Shown here piece after piece: positions 1 through 9,399 of a stretch of 64,000 bases of DNA (position 1 is its first letter; every line of letters starts with the position of its first letter). The stretch spans positions 130,800 to 194,799 of the forward strand of contig JBHLLT010000003.1 in assembly GCA_048938855.1 (NCBI GenBank), in the 5' to 3' direction. A program made the position numbers and the translations under genes. Source of the DNA: Promethearchaeota archaeon. GTDB lineage: Archaea > Asgardarchaeota > Lokiarchaeia > Sigyniarchaeales > SOKP01. The notes under the pieces are model-generated. The model saw only the letters and a list, made by a program, of their open reading frames with translations, was not told the origin of the DNA and ran no database searches.

Positions 1-941
1 GCCCAAATTACTTTATCACTCCATAATTTCTTTGCTTCAGTTATAGTCAAATCACCAACCGGAGGATGAGTAAAGCTTTCTATCACATCTATCCGTGATC
101 TAGCAATAAGCTCTGCAAGATGTTTCAATGTGCCGTCCATGTGAACAATATAAATTTTATCATGTTTATGAAGAATATCAGATACCTCATTATAGAATGG
201 TAAATTATATTTTTCAAATAGTTTTGGACTAGTAATAAGGCTGGTCACATTATCCGGTGCCCAAATGACTTCTGCCGGAGATTCAGCCGCGATTTTATAT
301 ATCTCAAGCTGTTTTTTATATATCGCTCTATAAAGGTCATCAAATTCTTTTTGATGCATAAAATAATCTAAAGATAATTTTTTAGGTCCCATAAGCATTA
401 TAAGTGATTGTAATGGCGATTTTGGCATCATACTATCAACAACTCCATAATTACCCATTATCATTTGTAATTCTCTTATCTCATCATAGAATGGTGTATA
501 TTCTGCATCTTCTATTAGATATTTGATAACTTCATAATCATTAAAATCTTTAATAATATACCCATCTTCTTGAAACCAAGGAAGCTGTTCTGAAAAATCT
601 AATCCCTTAACACTAGCTTTAAACGTAGTTTCCCCTGAAGGTGTCTGAAATTTACCCAAGATATCGTGAGGTGCTTGCATTGCTATAAGAACATCTGCAG
701 GAGACCAAGAAGTATGGTGACCATATTGATGAATGATATCCATGTTCACATGTGGACAAGTTACTTTATGGGTTTGAGTAACCAAGGGTGCATGGAGGCA
801 TAATCCTTTATCTAATAGCCTTCGCCATGGTTCATACACCGCTAATCCTGCTAACTGAAGGGTTTCAAAATAAATTGAGAAAGGGATTACATCCGGCTCT
901 TCTCTCCTAAGTACTGTTAACACTCTCTCTTTGGCATTCAT
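1..941 (-). CDS. Uroporphyrinogen decarboxylase-family (MtaA/CmuA-like) corrinoid methyltransferase, 3' end runs off window
   Basis: Not in the ORF track; translated by hand from ATG at 941 (ATGA overlap with the corrinoid gene stop). N-terminus MNAKERVLTVLRREEPDVIP; near the window edge ...YIVHMDGTLKHLAELIARSRIDVIESFTHPPVGDLTITEAKKLW, typical of the UroD/MtaA family. Confidence 0.8.
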   Translation of the reverse strand, partial: MNAKERVLTVLRREEPDVIPFSIYFETLQLAGLAVYEPWRRLLDKGLCLHAPLVTQTHKVTCPHVNMDIIHQYGHHTSWSPADVLIAMQAPHDILGKFQTPSGETTFKASVKGLDFSEQLPWFQEDGYIIKDFNDYEVIKYLIEDAEYTPFYDEIRELQMIMGNYGVVDSMMPKSPLQSLIMLMGPKKLSLDYFMHQKEFDDLYRAIYKKQLEIYKIAAESPAEVIWAPDNVTSLITSPKLFEKYNLPFYNEVSDILHKHDKIYIVHMDGTLKHLAELIARSRIDVIESFTHPPVGDLTITEAKKLWSDKVIW

Positions 942-1585
942 GCTCCAACCCACCTCTTACATTTTTTAACTCCATCAATGACGTTAATGGCGAGAGCATC
1001 AGCACCTATATCTTCAATAAATTCTTTTGTTATAGGAGCTCCACCTACAATTACTTTAATTTGATTCCTAAGATTAGCATTTTCAAGTGCCTTTAGTGTA
1101 TTACTTACCTCCGGCATTGTTAATGTAATCAATGTGGAAATAGCTAGAATGTCTGGTTTTTCATTTCTTACTGTATCTACAAATTGCTCAGGTGAAACAT
1201 CGACGCCTAAATCTATAACTTCAAATCCTTCTGCCTCCAGAAAGAAAGATACAATATTTTTACCAATATCGTGCATATCACTTTTAGCTGTACCAATAAC
1301 AATTTTACCAAGCATTTTTTGATTCCCAGAACCTTTAATATGAGGTTCCAAAATTTTCATAGCTTTTTTAACGATTTCAGCAGCCATAAAAAGCTCAGGT
1401 AGAAAAAATTCTTCGTTTTCAAATTTATCACCTATAATTTTTAGAGCTTTGGCAATCGCAGCTTCGATAAAATCATAAGGATCTATTCCTTCATTAATAG
1501 CTTTCTTAGTTGATTCCTTGGCAGCTTTAATATCCATATTAACTGCTGCATTGATAAAATCCTCTGCAATTTCCTCTTTTGTCAT
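938..1585 (-). CDS. Methyltransferase cognate corrinoid (B12-binding) protein, MtaC/MttC-like
   Basis: Cap domain (IGDKFENEEFFLPEL), B12-binding DxHxxG motif (SDMHDIGKNIV), VIDLGVDV and VIVGGAP. Confidence 0.93.
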   Translation of the reverse strand: MTKEEIAEDFINAAVNMDIKAAKESTKKAINEGIDPYDFIEAAIAKALKIIGDKFENEEFFLPELFMAAEIVKKAMKILEPHIKGSGNQKMLGKIVIGTAKSDMHDIGKNIVSFFLEAEGFEVIDLGVDVSPEQFVDTVRNEKPDILAISTLITLTMPEVSNTLKALENANLRNQIKVIVGGAPITKEFIEDIGADALAINVIDGVKKCKRWVGA

Positions 1586-1657
1586 TATCTTTATCCAATT
1601 ATCCTAATTAAACTATATTAATAAATTGGCTTTTGGTGTATTTAATCATATCTCTTC

Positions 1658-2515
1658 TTAAAGTTTATTTTTTACCAGTTTTTTCCTTGCTTTTTTGTAA
1701 CTACTGTCCATAAACCATCTTACAAGTTTAGGAAAAATTCTATGAATATATCTTATAGATTTTGCATTACCTGGAGATATGTGAAATTGTTTTTTCAAAA
1801 GTTTTTTAATAACATATTCTGAGATTTCTTCAGGTTCTAAAAGCCCTCCTGTTTCGGACATCATAGCACATTCAGGTGGTTTTCCTTCATTTTCTGTACT
1901 AAGCCCTGGTGTATTAGTGTCTGGTGGATAGACTATTGATATTCTTATATTAAGCGGTTTTAATTCATTTCGTAAAGATTCTGCAAGCCCTACAATTGCA
2001 AATTTAGTTGGTACATAAGCTCCATATCCCATCATACCCATATATCCTAACATTGAAGAAAAAAAGATGATATGTCCCTTTTTTTCTTTCATAAATTCTG
2101 GGAGTAATATGAGAGTAGGAACTAATTGTCCATAATAATTTGTATCCATATTATTCTGGAAATCATCTATTGTATAATCTTCAATATAACCAGGAATAGC
2201 TCGCCCTACTAGATTAAACAAATAGTCTGGTACGCCATGATTTTTGATAGAATCTTCCAATATTGGTTTTAAAATCTCCATATCAGTGGCATCACACGAT
2301 TTAGATACTACAAATTGAGATTCATTTACTATTTTTTGTTGAATCTCACTTGCAGCTTCTTCTAAAATGTTCTTACGTCTAGCAATTATTAAAACACTAC
2401 CACCAAGATTTACAAAATCTTTTGCGATTGCTCTTCCCATTCCAGTGGAAGCTCCAATTAGGAATGCAACTTTACCCTTAAAAGGCTGTTTTTTTATTAA
2501 TTTTTCTTTTACCAT
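1658..2515 (-). CDS. SDR oxidoreductase, 3-ketodihydrosphingosine reductase (KDSR)-like
   Basis: GASTGMG, catalytic YVPTK, and the KDSR-type segment IVYPPDTNTPGLSTENEGKP. Confidence 0.8.
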   Translation of the reverse strand: MVKEKLIKKQPFKGKVAFLIGASTGMGRAIAKDFVNLGGSVLIIARRKNILEEAASEIQQKIVNESQFVVSKSCDATDMEILKPILEDSIKNHGVPDYLFNLVGRAIPGYIEDYTIDDFQNNMDTNYYGQLVPTLILLPEFMKEKKGHIIFFSSMLGYMGMMGYGAYVPTKFAIVGLAESLRNELKPLNIRISIVYPPDTNTPGLSTENEGKPPECAMMSETGGLLEPEEISEYVIKKLLKKQFHISPGNAKSIRYIHRIFPKLVRWFMDSSYKKARKKLVKNKL

Positions 2516-2538
2516 CCTATATCAACTCATTTCTTTTA

Positions 2539-2946
2539 TTATATCCCTAGTCCAAATGCCCCATACAATATGAAAATCGGAGCAAATATTAAAGTTAGCA
2601 CAACCACACCTATGTTTACAATAGCATCGAAACCATGCTTTTCTCTGTTAAATTTATTATTTTGTATATTAAAAGCTAAATCAATAATTCCCAAAAACAT
2701 CATTCCACTCCCTGCTAACGCCGAAAAGAAAAACCCATAATTTTGTTCAAATAATACACCAATAGCAGCTACAATTAGAGTTGGTACTATCCAACCTAAA
2801 TCTGGAAAAGGGAAGGATAATTCATGTTTCCGCTCAACTTCTGACATCTTAGGCTTTTTATATTCTGTGAAATAAAAAACAGTCCAATATCCTATGAAAA
2901 GCAATATCCATATCATTTGAAATATCCCTATTATTATATTTAACAT
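2539..2946 (-). CDS. Small 4-TM membrane protein of unknown function
   Basis: Four hydrophobic segments with a loop motif HELSFPFPDLGW; co-oriented in the SDR/corrinoid operon. Confidence 0.7.
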   Translation of the reverse strand: MLNIIIGIFQMIWILLFIGYWTVFYFTEYKKPKMSEVERKHELSFPFPDLGWIVPTLIVAAIGVLFEQNYGFFFSALAGSGMMFLGIIDLAFNIQNNKFNREKHGFDAIVNIGVVVLTLIFAPIFILYGAFGLGI

Positions 2947-2970
2947 TTTTTTTCACCTCTTTTTGATTTT

Positions 2971-3789
2971 TTATATATTTGATTTAAAATAATATGCTGG
3001 TACACCAACTTCAGCAATCCCACCATCTACAATGAAGTTATGACCTGTTATGAAATTTGATGCTGGAGACGCTATAAAAACAGAAACATTGACAACATCA
3101 TCTACAGTACCATATCTATTCAAGGGTGTTTTTACATGACCTTCATCCATTGTCACTTTCATTGCTTCTAAATTGTTCCTATATGCGCCTGTTAAATGAT
3201 ATCCTGGCGAAATTGCATTCACAGTTATTCTTGGAGCAAGACTCTGAGCTAGAATTTGCATCATAGCGATAACTCCTGCTTTACTTATTGAATAATCAGG
3301 GATTCCTGGATCTACTCTTACTCCTGCAATTGATGCTGTATGAATAATTTTTCCTGCTAATGGCTCAAAGGTTTGCTTTTTCATCTTTTTAGCAATTTCT
3401 TTTGCAACTACCCATTGCCCTTTTAAATTCAGCGCGATTGTTTTATCAAAAAGTTCCTCTTTCACTCTTAATGGATCTTTATAGAATCCAAATCCTGCAC
3501 CTGCATTATTATTTAAGATATAAATATTATCTAATTCATTGAAAGCTTGTTTTGCCATATTTTGAACTTGACTTGAATCTGACACATCACATATAATTGG
3601 AATCACATTTTGTCTAGTTTCTTTCTCTATTTTTTTACAAGTCTCTTCTAATAATTCCTCATTAATATCAACTAATACTAAATCAGCCCCTCTTTGCGCA
3701 TAAGCAAATCCAAATCCTCTTCCAAAACCAGAAGCTCCCCCCGTGATTAAAGCTCCCTTTCCTTCCAAAAATTTTTCATTCAAACCCAT
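2971..3789 (-). CDS. Classical SDR oxidoreductase (FabG/GDH-like)
   Basis: TGGASGFG, NNAG, YSISK, VDGG motifs. Confidence 0.92.
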   Translation of the reverse strand: MGLNEKFLEGKGALITGGASGFGRGFGFAYAQRGADLVLVDINEELLEETCKKIEKETRQNVIPIICDVSDSSQVQNMAKQAFNELDNIYILNNNAGAGFGFYKDPLRVKEELFDKTIALNLKGQWVVAKEIAKKMKKQTFEPLAGKIIHTASIAGVRVDPGIPDYSISKAGVIAMMQILAQSLAPRITVNAISPGYHLTGAYRNNLEAMKVTMDEGHVKTPLNRYGTVDDVVNVSVFIASPASNFITGHNFIVDGGIAEVGVPAYYFKSNI

Positions 3790-3815
3790 ATAATTTCACA
3801 ATTTAATTTTTTTAA

Positions 3816-4628
3816 TTATAATTCTACATCTAGTTTGTGAGAAGGAACACCTGCCTCAGTAATACCTCCATCAACAGTAAAACAATGCCCTGTAATAAAA
3901 TCACTTTTTTCTGAGCTCAAGAATAGAACTAAATCTACTACATCTTTAATTGTTCCTATTCTATTAAGTGGGGTTTTCACATCACCATCATTCATAACTT
4001 GTAGCATTATATCTTCTCTGTGTCCATACATTCCCGTAACATGAAAACCAGGAGCAATTGCATTTGAAGTTATATATGGAGCTAATGTTTTAGCAATAAG
4101 TTTATTTAATACAATAATACCTGCTTTACTTATACTATATACTGGAACAAATGGACTTAAAACTATTCCATAATGAGAAGAATTATGAATAATTTTACCT
4201 CTTAAAGGCTTAAATTTTTGCCTATTCATTTTTCTACCAGCAAATTTATCAACTAACCATTGACCTTTAAGGTTAGTATTCATAGTTTTATCCCATGCTT
4301 TTTCTCCAACTCTTAGTATATCAACTCCATAAGTGGTTGCTATTCCTGCGTTATTGAATAAAATAAATACATTATCAAGCTCTTTAAAGGCATCATTGAC
4401 CATTTGTTTCACACACTTAGAATCTGAAACATCACACGTGATAGGAATAACTTTTCTCCCAAAACTTTTCTCTAGTTCTCTACTTGTTTCTTCTAATAAG
4501 TTTTCATTAATATCAACGAGAACTAAATTAGCACCTCGCTCTGAGAAAGCATAAGCCACACTTTTTCCAAAACCAGAAGCTCCTCCGGTAATTAAGGCAC
4601 CTTTTCCTTCTAAAAATTTTTCAGTCAT
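3816..4628 (-). CDS. Classical SDR oxidoreductase, tandem paralogue of 2971..3789
   Basis: TGGASGFG, NNAG, YSISK; shares EKFLEGKGALITGGASGFG and VKTPLNR with its neighbour. Confidence 0.92.
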   Translation of the reverse strand: MTEKFLEGKGALITGGASGFGKSVAYAFSERGANLVLVDINENLLEETSRELEKSFGRKVIPITCDVSDSKCVKQMVNDAFKELDNVFILFNNAGIATTYGVDILRVGEKAWDKTMNTNLKGQWLVDKFAGRKMNRQKFKPLRGKIIHNSSHYGIVLSPFVPVYSISKAGIIVLNKLIAKTLAPYITSNAIAPGFHVTGMYGHREDIMLQVMNDGDVKTPLNRIGTIKDVVDLVLFLSSEKSDFITGHCFTVDGGITEAGVPSHKLDVEL

Positions 4629-4659
4629 TAATTTAACACATTTAATCTCAAATATGAAC

Positions 4660-4727
4660 TATAATCAATGATTATAATTTTTTCTTATTTTATTTAAATT
4701 TTTAATCTAAATTTAGTGAACTTCACT
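4660..4727. promoter_or_regulatory. Two short palindromes in the divergent promoter region (candidate operators)
   Basis: TATAATCA-A-TGATTATA (4660-4676) and AGTGAA-C-TTCACT (4715-4727). Confidence 0.35.
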
Positions 4728-4794
4728 CAAAACCATAACATTAATTATTATACCGGTATTAAAAATAAGTATAGAAATATCAAGTGATTAAAAT

Positions 4795-6375
4795 ATGGTT
4801 AATAAAGTAGTCCCTTATTTAATTAATATGGGCGAAGTGACTCCCGCACGGAGCCAAGCAGCCTTATTAAACGAATTAGCTATGGGGTTAATTGATTGTA
4901 TTAATATATATGGTAAAACTCTTAGAAAATTAGGAAAAATTTCAAAAATTTCTACAGCATTCTGGCCAGTTCGTTTAATTCCAATAAGTGATACAAGAGC
5001 GGCTGTTTTTAGTTATCTTTTAAATAAACAAGAGAAGCTAAGTGTAGGAGCGTTTTCTCAAATGCCACCTAGACCTGAAAATGTTATTAAAGGGGCAGAT
5101 CCTGTATCTTTTCTAAATTCATTACAAACATATAATAATACATATCTTAGGCGTTCAAAAAACTTTAAACGAGGAACAGTAATTCAAGAAGCTTTATTCA
5201 GCACTAGTGAAGTAGGATATTTTCAAAATTTCTTTCTTAATCAATATGATCTAAGTTCTCATTCAACACCTTATTTTATATTAGAAGGTGGGTCCATAAC
5301 TAAAAGTGTTAATCAGACAAAAGTTGCACCAGAAGTTCCTGTTTATGTTTCACAGAAAGATGTTAAAATGCTTGATTCTTATGCAGATGCTATAATTAAA
5401 TTATGTGAAAGATGGGTCGAAAAGGGAGGGAAGGAGGTCGATAAGATTAGAGATACTAAGGTAGATACAGGGGAAGAAGAAAAACAACTCGCTGTATTGA
5501 ATAAAGAAATACAAGCAGAAAAAGAACGCGAAATTGAAAAGTCTCCAGAAGAATTAGTAAAATTGGGAAAATATAAAATAAATGATAAAACAGGAGAATT
5601 GAATAATAACCTTAGTTCGATTAAAAATAGTGTTGATAGCTTAAAAAATGCAATTAACAATCGTGATTTATTTCTTGTGGAAGAAGGTCTAAAAGATATT
5701 AATGTAAAATATAGAGAATTAGGAGATTCTATTAGTAGATATAATAATGAAATTGCCCAATTAAGAGCAAATGTTCAGCGTGAAATCTCTGATCTTGAAA
5801 AAACAAAACAACAGAAAATCAGGGAATTGGAACGAAAAAAAGCTGAAGTTGAAAAACAAATTCAAACAAAACATAGCGGGCTTAGTAGAGATTTAACTTC
5901 TGCAGAAGATACTGTAGCTCAAATACAAGCAGAGAAGCAATTTTCTCTCGACAACATCGAAAGTATTAAAGATAAAGAGATGACCGATGTTCAGAATTTC
6001 TTTAATAACTATACACTTGAGATTAAGACTCAAAATGTCATAGTTGGTATTCCAATATATATTTTCTTCTTTACAGACCCTAATACAAATCGAACTACTG
6101 AAAGAGCTCCAGTTCTTCCAATCTTGATTGATAAGGGAAAACCAGTAGATACAAAAGTTAAGGCGGGTTTCAGAAAAAAATTACGAGATTTAATGAATAA
6201 AGACAATGCAATGATTGAGCTAGTTGAAACTCAGTCTGATAAAAACAATTTGATGGAAACTAAAAACTTAGACACTCGTCTTGAAGATGCTATTAATGAT
6301 TTAAGAATTCGCAAAATTTTAAGTAAGAAACAAGCTGAAACAGCAAAGGATATGATAGCAAATTTAGTTTGGTAG
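4795..6375 (+). CDS. Hypothetical protein with globular N/C termini and a long central coiled coil
   Basis: 526 aa ORF; heptad E/K/Q-rich region from about aa 190 to 400; beta-rich FWPVRLIP and VGIPIYIFFF motifs flank it; no Walker A. Confidence 0.75.
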   Translation: MVNKVVPYLINMGEVTPARSQAALLNELAMGLIDCINIYGKTLRKLGKISKISTAFWPVRLIPISDTRAAVFSYLLNKQEKLSVGAFSQMPPRPENVIKGADPVSFLNSLQTYNNTYLRRSKNFKRGTVIQEALFSTSEVGYFQNFFLNQYDLSSHSTPYFILEGGSITKSVNQTKVAPEVPVYVSQKDVKMLDSYADAIIKLCERWVEKGGKEVDKIRDTKVDTGEEEKQLAVLNKEIQAEKEREIEKSPEELVKLGKYKINDKTGELNNNLSSIKNSVDSLKNAINNRDLFLVEEGLKDINVKYRELGDSISRYNNEIAQLRANVQREISDLEKTKQQKIRELERKKAEVEKQIQTKHSGLSRDLTSAEDTVAQIQAEKQFSLDNIESIKDKEMTDVQNFFNNYTLEIKTQNVIVGIPIYIFFFTDPNTNRTTERAPVLPILIDKGKPVDTKVKAGFRKKLRDLMNKDNAMIELVETQSDKNNLMETKNLDTRLEDAINDLRIRKILSKKQAETAKDMIANLVW

Positions 6376-6415
6376 ACTTTTTTATTCTTATTTTTATTTA
6401 TTTTTAATAATTTCT

Positions 6416-6589
6416 TTAGTGTTCTATATATTCCATTTTTTCTCCACAACATTCAGGAATAGGTTGATATCCGCATTCTTTTGAACAGCAACAAAGCAAA
6501 TAATCATCTTCCACTATCATTGATTTCTCACAACAAATTGGAACCTCTTTTTCTGCGCCACAAATACGACAAACTAGTTTACTTGACAT
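6416..6589 (-). CDS. Small Cys-rich metal-binding protein (tandem desulforedoxin-like motifs)
   Basis: Likely start ATG 6589 (57 aa): CRICG...CCEKSM...CCCSKECG...CCGEKM, 10 Cys. Confidence 0.7.
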   Translation of the reverse strand: MSSKLVCRICGAEKEVPICCEKSMIVEDDYLLCCCSKECGYQPIPECCGEKMEYIEH

Positions 6590-6821
6590 TTTTTTTCCAA
6601 CACCTAACCAATTACTTTTCCTAATGACCTTATAACATAAAAATAACAAAAATGATTCGATTATGGATTATAACTTGATTAAAAATTCTGATTTCATATG
6701 AAAAGTAAAACTAATGATAATCTTGTTGAATATTAGAATAGAGTGTAAATTAGTTTAGAAACCTTCAATAACAATGTTTAATAATTAATAGCTATATTAT
6801 TAGAAAAAATGGAGAGAGAAA

Positions 6822-8078
6822 TTGACTGATAAATTAAACCTTAACAATACTTTCAAATTATATCAGGAAGCCTTAGAATTAATTCCGGGTGCAATTTTAG
6901 GGATAAGACGACCATATAATTTTGTTGAAGGAGAATATCCTATATTCTTTGAATCTGCTAAAGGTGGAAAAGTAATTGATGTTGATGGTAATGAATATAT
7001 TGATATGTTATGTGCCTATGGGCCAATTATTATTGGACACAGAGAAGAAGAAATCGATAATGCAGTTATTGAGCAAATCCGTAATAAAGGATTTTGTATG
7101 TCCCTTACTCAACAAATACAAAATAAGCTAGCAAAGAAATTAAAGGATTTAATACCTTGCTGTGAAAAGATGGTATTAATGAAAATGGGTACTGATGCAA
7201 CTACTGCCGCGATCAGAGTAGCTAGAGCTTATACAAAAAAAATGAAGATTCTTAGTTGTGGATATCATGGATGGTATGATGCTTTCAGTGAGGTACATGG
7301 AATTGAAGCGGGAATACCTAAGAAATTATTTGAAGATTTTTATGAATTTAATTTTAATAATCTAGAGGAAATTGAGAATTTATTTAAAGAGAACAAAGAT
7401 GAAGTAGCAGCTATAATAATCAACCCAATACATACTCCAGGAGGTCGAGAAGTTGAAACGCCTGAGAATGGATACCTTGATGGACTTCGTGAATTAGCAG
7501 ATGAAAATAACGCGTTATTGATTTATGATGAGATAAGGACAGGTTTTAGAGTGGATATGGGTGGAGCACAAAAATTATTTGGAGTTCTTCCTGATTTAGC
7601 TGCATTTGGAAAAGCTATGGGAAATGGTTATCCTATAAGTACCCTTGTAGGTAAAGCAGAATTTATGGATGTTTTAGTTGAAAAAGTCTTTCTTAGCTCA
7701 ACTTTCTTCCCTAATAGTCTGGCTCAGGTTGCTTCTCTAAAAACAATTGAATTTCTTGAACGTGAGCATGTTTTAGAAAATATTCAGAAAAAAGGTGACT
7801 TTTTCGCAAAACAAGTCAAAGATCATATAAATGATACTAGAATTCCATGCAATTTTACAGGTGGTCCATGGATGCCTTATATTACATTCACACCCGATCC
7901 CAATTATCTATACAGAAAAATTCGAGAAGAATTTTATAAACAATTGATTCGTCGAAAAGTTTTTCTTCAACCATATCATCATGGATATATCGCATACCGG
8001 CATTCCAGTGAAGATTTAGATTATGCTTCAGAAATGATTTATGAATCGTTAAAAGAATGCAAAAAAATAACTAACTAA
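6822..8078 (+). CDS. kat: Class III PLP aminotransferase, probable 3-aminobutyryl-CoA aminotransferase
   Basis: GSA-AM-like fold (DVDGNEYID, DEIRTGFR, FGKAMGNG); N-terminal GIRRPYNFVEGEYPIF recalled from Kat; adjacent to kce/kdd/kam genes. TTG start. Confidence 0.7.
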   Translation: MTDKLNLNNTFKLYQEALELIPGAILGIRRPYNFVEGEYPIFFESAKGGKVIDVDGNEYIDMLCAYGPIIIGHREEEIDNAVIEQIRNKGFCMSLTQQIQNKLAKKLKDLIPCCEKMVLMKMGTDATTAAIRVARAYTKKMKILSCGYHGWYDAFSEVHGIEAGIPKKLFEDFYEFNFNNLEEIENLFKENKDEVAAIIINPIHTPGGREVETPENGYLDGLRELADENNALLIYDEIRTGFRVDMGGAQKLFGVLPDLAAFGKAMGNGYPISTLVGKAEFMDVLVEKVFLSSTFFPNSLAQVASLKTIEFLEREHVLENIQKKGDFFAKQVKDHINDTRIPCNFTGGPWMPYITFTPDPNYLYRKIREEFYKQLIRRKVFLQPYHHGYIAYRHSSEDLDYASEMIYESLKECKKITN

Positions 8079-9237
8079 TTTTTTTCTCTAACCTTAATTG
8101 TATTATTTTCTTGTCAGTATACCACCATACAACACCACAAGAGATGCAAATAGTCCAATTCAAAATTAATAAGGAAAAATTTATAAAAAGATTCTCAGTG
8201 GCGACCCCTATAATATTGACAATTGTTATCCCCCCTATTGATCCCCATATAGTCTCATGAATTATATAGGAGATAGTAAAATAAAGGTCTTGAACAAGAA
8301 ATATATGAAAAGTAGATCGACCAATTATTTTAAATGTTTTTGCTACCTTTTGGTTAGCAGTTTCTGGAATAAAATTCAGAAAGAGCAGGAATATGAAAGC
8401 AGAATATAGAAATGTTAAGGAATTGTAATCTCCCCTTAAAATACTTGCACCATTAATAGCTAAGCGAAAATTAAAGAAATCCCATGCTATCATGTACAGA
8501 GTGCTGACAGGGAAAAGTATCCATACAAAAAGATTCTTTTTAGTAAATATGCCTTGATATTTAGAAAGCCACATACCCATACCTAAAGCTGATACATACA
8601 ATAAGATTATATTTCGAAAATTAGCCTCCAGTAGAATTTCTTCAGGACTAGTTATATTTCCAACAACAAAAAACACTAATAAATGCATTAAAAACTCGAT
8701 AATAAAGCATAAAATCAGTGTAATTTTTGGCCATTTAGAAAAACTATAATATAATAAGGGCATTATAATTATCGATTGAAAAAGCACAGGTATAAACCAA
8801 TTTCCAGGACCTTGTAAGAGAGATTTTTGGAAGATAATATATTCCAAGAACCAATTTTCATTAAATATGCTAGGAAAAGAAAGACCATACAGAATAAACC
8901 CAATTAAAGTTCCAATAATATATAGAATAATATAAGGATAAACATAACGCCAAAATTTTTTTTTAAAATAACGCCAGGAATATAATTCTTTTAATTTTAG
9001 ATGACTTTCTTTAGAAAAAGACTTACCCATATTAAATCCCATAATTATTAGAAAAACTGGTATAGCAATTCTTTCCCATAATTGAAAGCCTAAACCATTT
9101 AAATTTGAATATACAAGAGAATGATCAATAATTACTAATCCAATCATTAAGGCTTTTAATAAGTCTATCTGAAAGAGTTTATCCTCTTTTAACGTTACTA
9201 TATTTGATTCCGTTGCCTCTATACTGTTTCCGTTCAA
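8071..9237 (-). CDS. Acyltransferase family 3 (OafA-like) multi-pass membrane protein
   Basis: QIDLLKALMIGLVIIDH, AIPVFLIIMG, GNWFIPVLFQ, IGRSTFHIFLVQ; about 10 TM helices. Confidence 0.85.
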   Translation of the reverse strand: MNGNSIEATESNIVTLKEDKLFQIDLLKALMIGLVIIDHSLVYSNLNGLGFQLWERIAIPVFLIIMGFNMGKSFSKESHLKLKELYSWRYFKKKFWRYVYPYIILYIIGTLIGFILYGLSFPSIFNENWFLEYIIFQKSLLQGPGNWFIPVLFQSIIIMPLLYYSFSKWPKITLILCFIIEFLMHLLVFFVVGNITSPEEILLEANFRNIILLYVSALGMGMWLSKYQGIFTKKNLFVWILFPVSTLYMIAWDFFNFRLAINGASILRGDYNSLTFLYSAFIFLLFLNFIPETANQKVAKTFKIIGRSTFHIFLVQDLYFTISYIIHETIWGSIGGITIVNIIGVATENLFINFSLLILNWTICISCGVVWWYTDKKIIQLRLEKKIS

Positions 9238-9399
9238 ATTTTATTAACTATTTCAAAAATTACTTACTAATTTATAGGAGAAGGTGCGTATTAAAATAAA
9301 CCATATTTTTATGTATAATTCCGAATAGGGTAGGATTAATAGACTATCACCCACTTAATAAGAGATTAAGTTTAAAATCATAGAAATATTGAAGATGGT

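Noticed and set aside
6822-8078. Annotation as hemL (glutamate-1-semialdehyde aminomutase)
   Set aside because: Lacks the PGGVNSPVR motif, no tetrapyrrole genes nearby, and context favours Kat.
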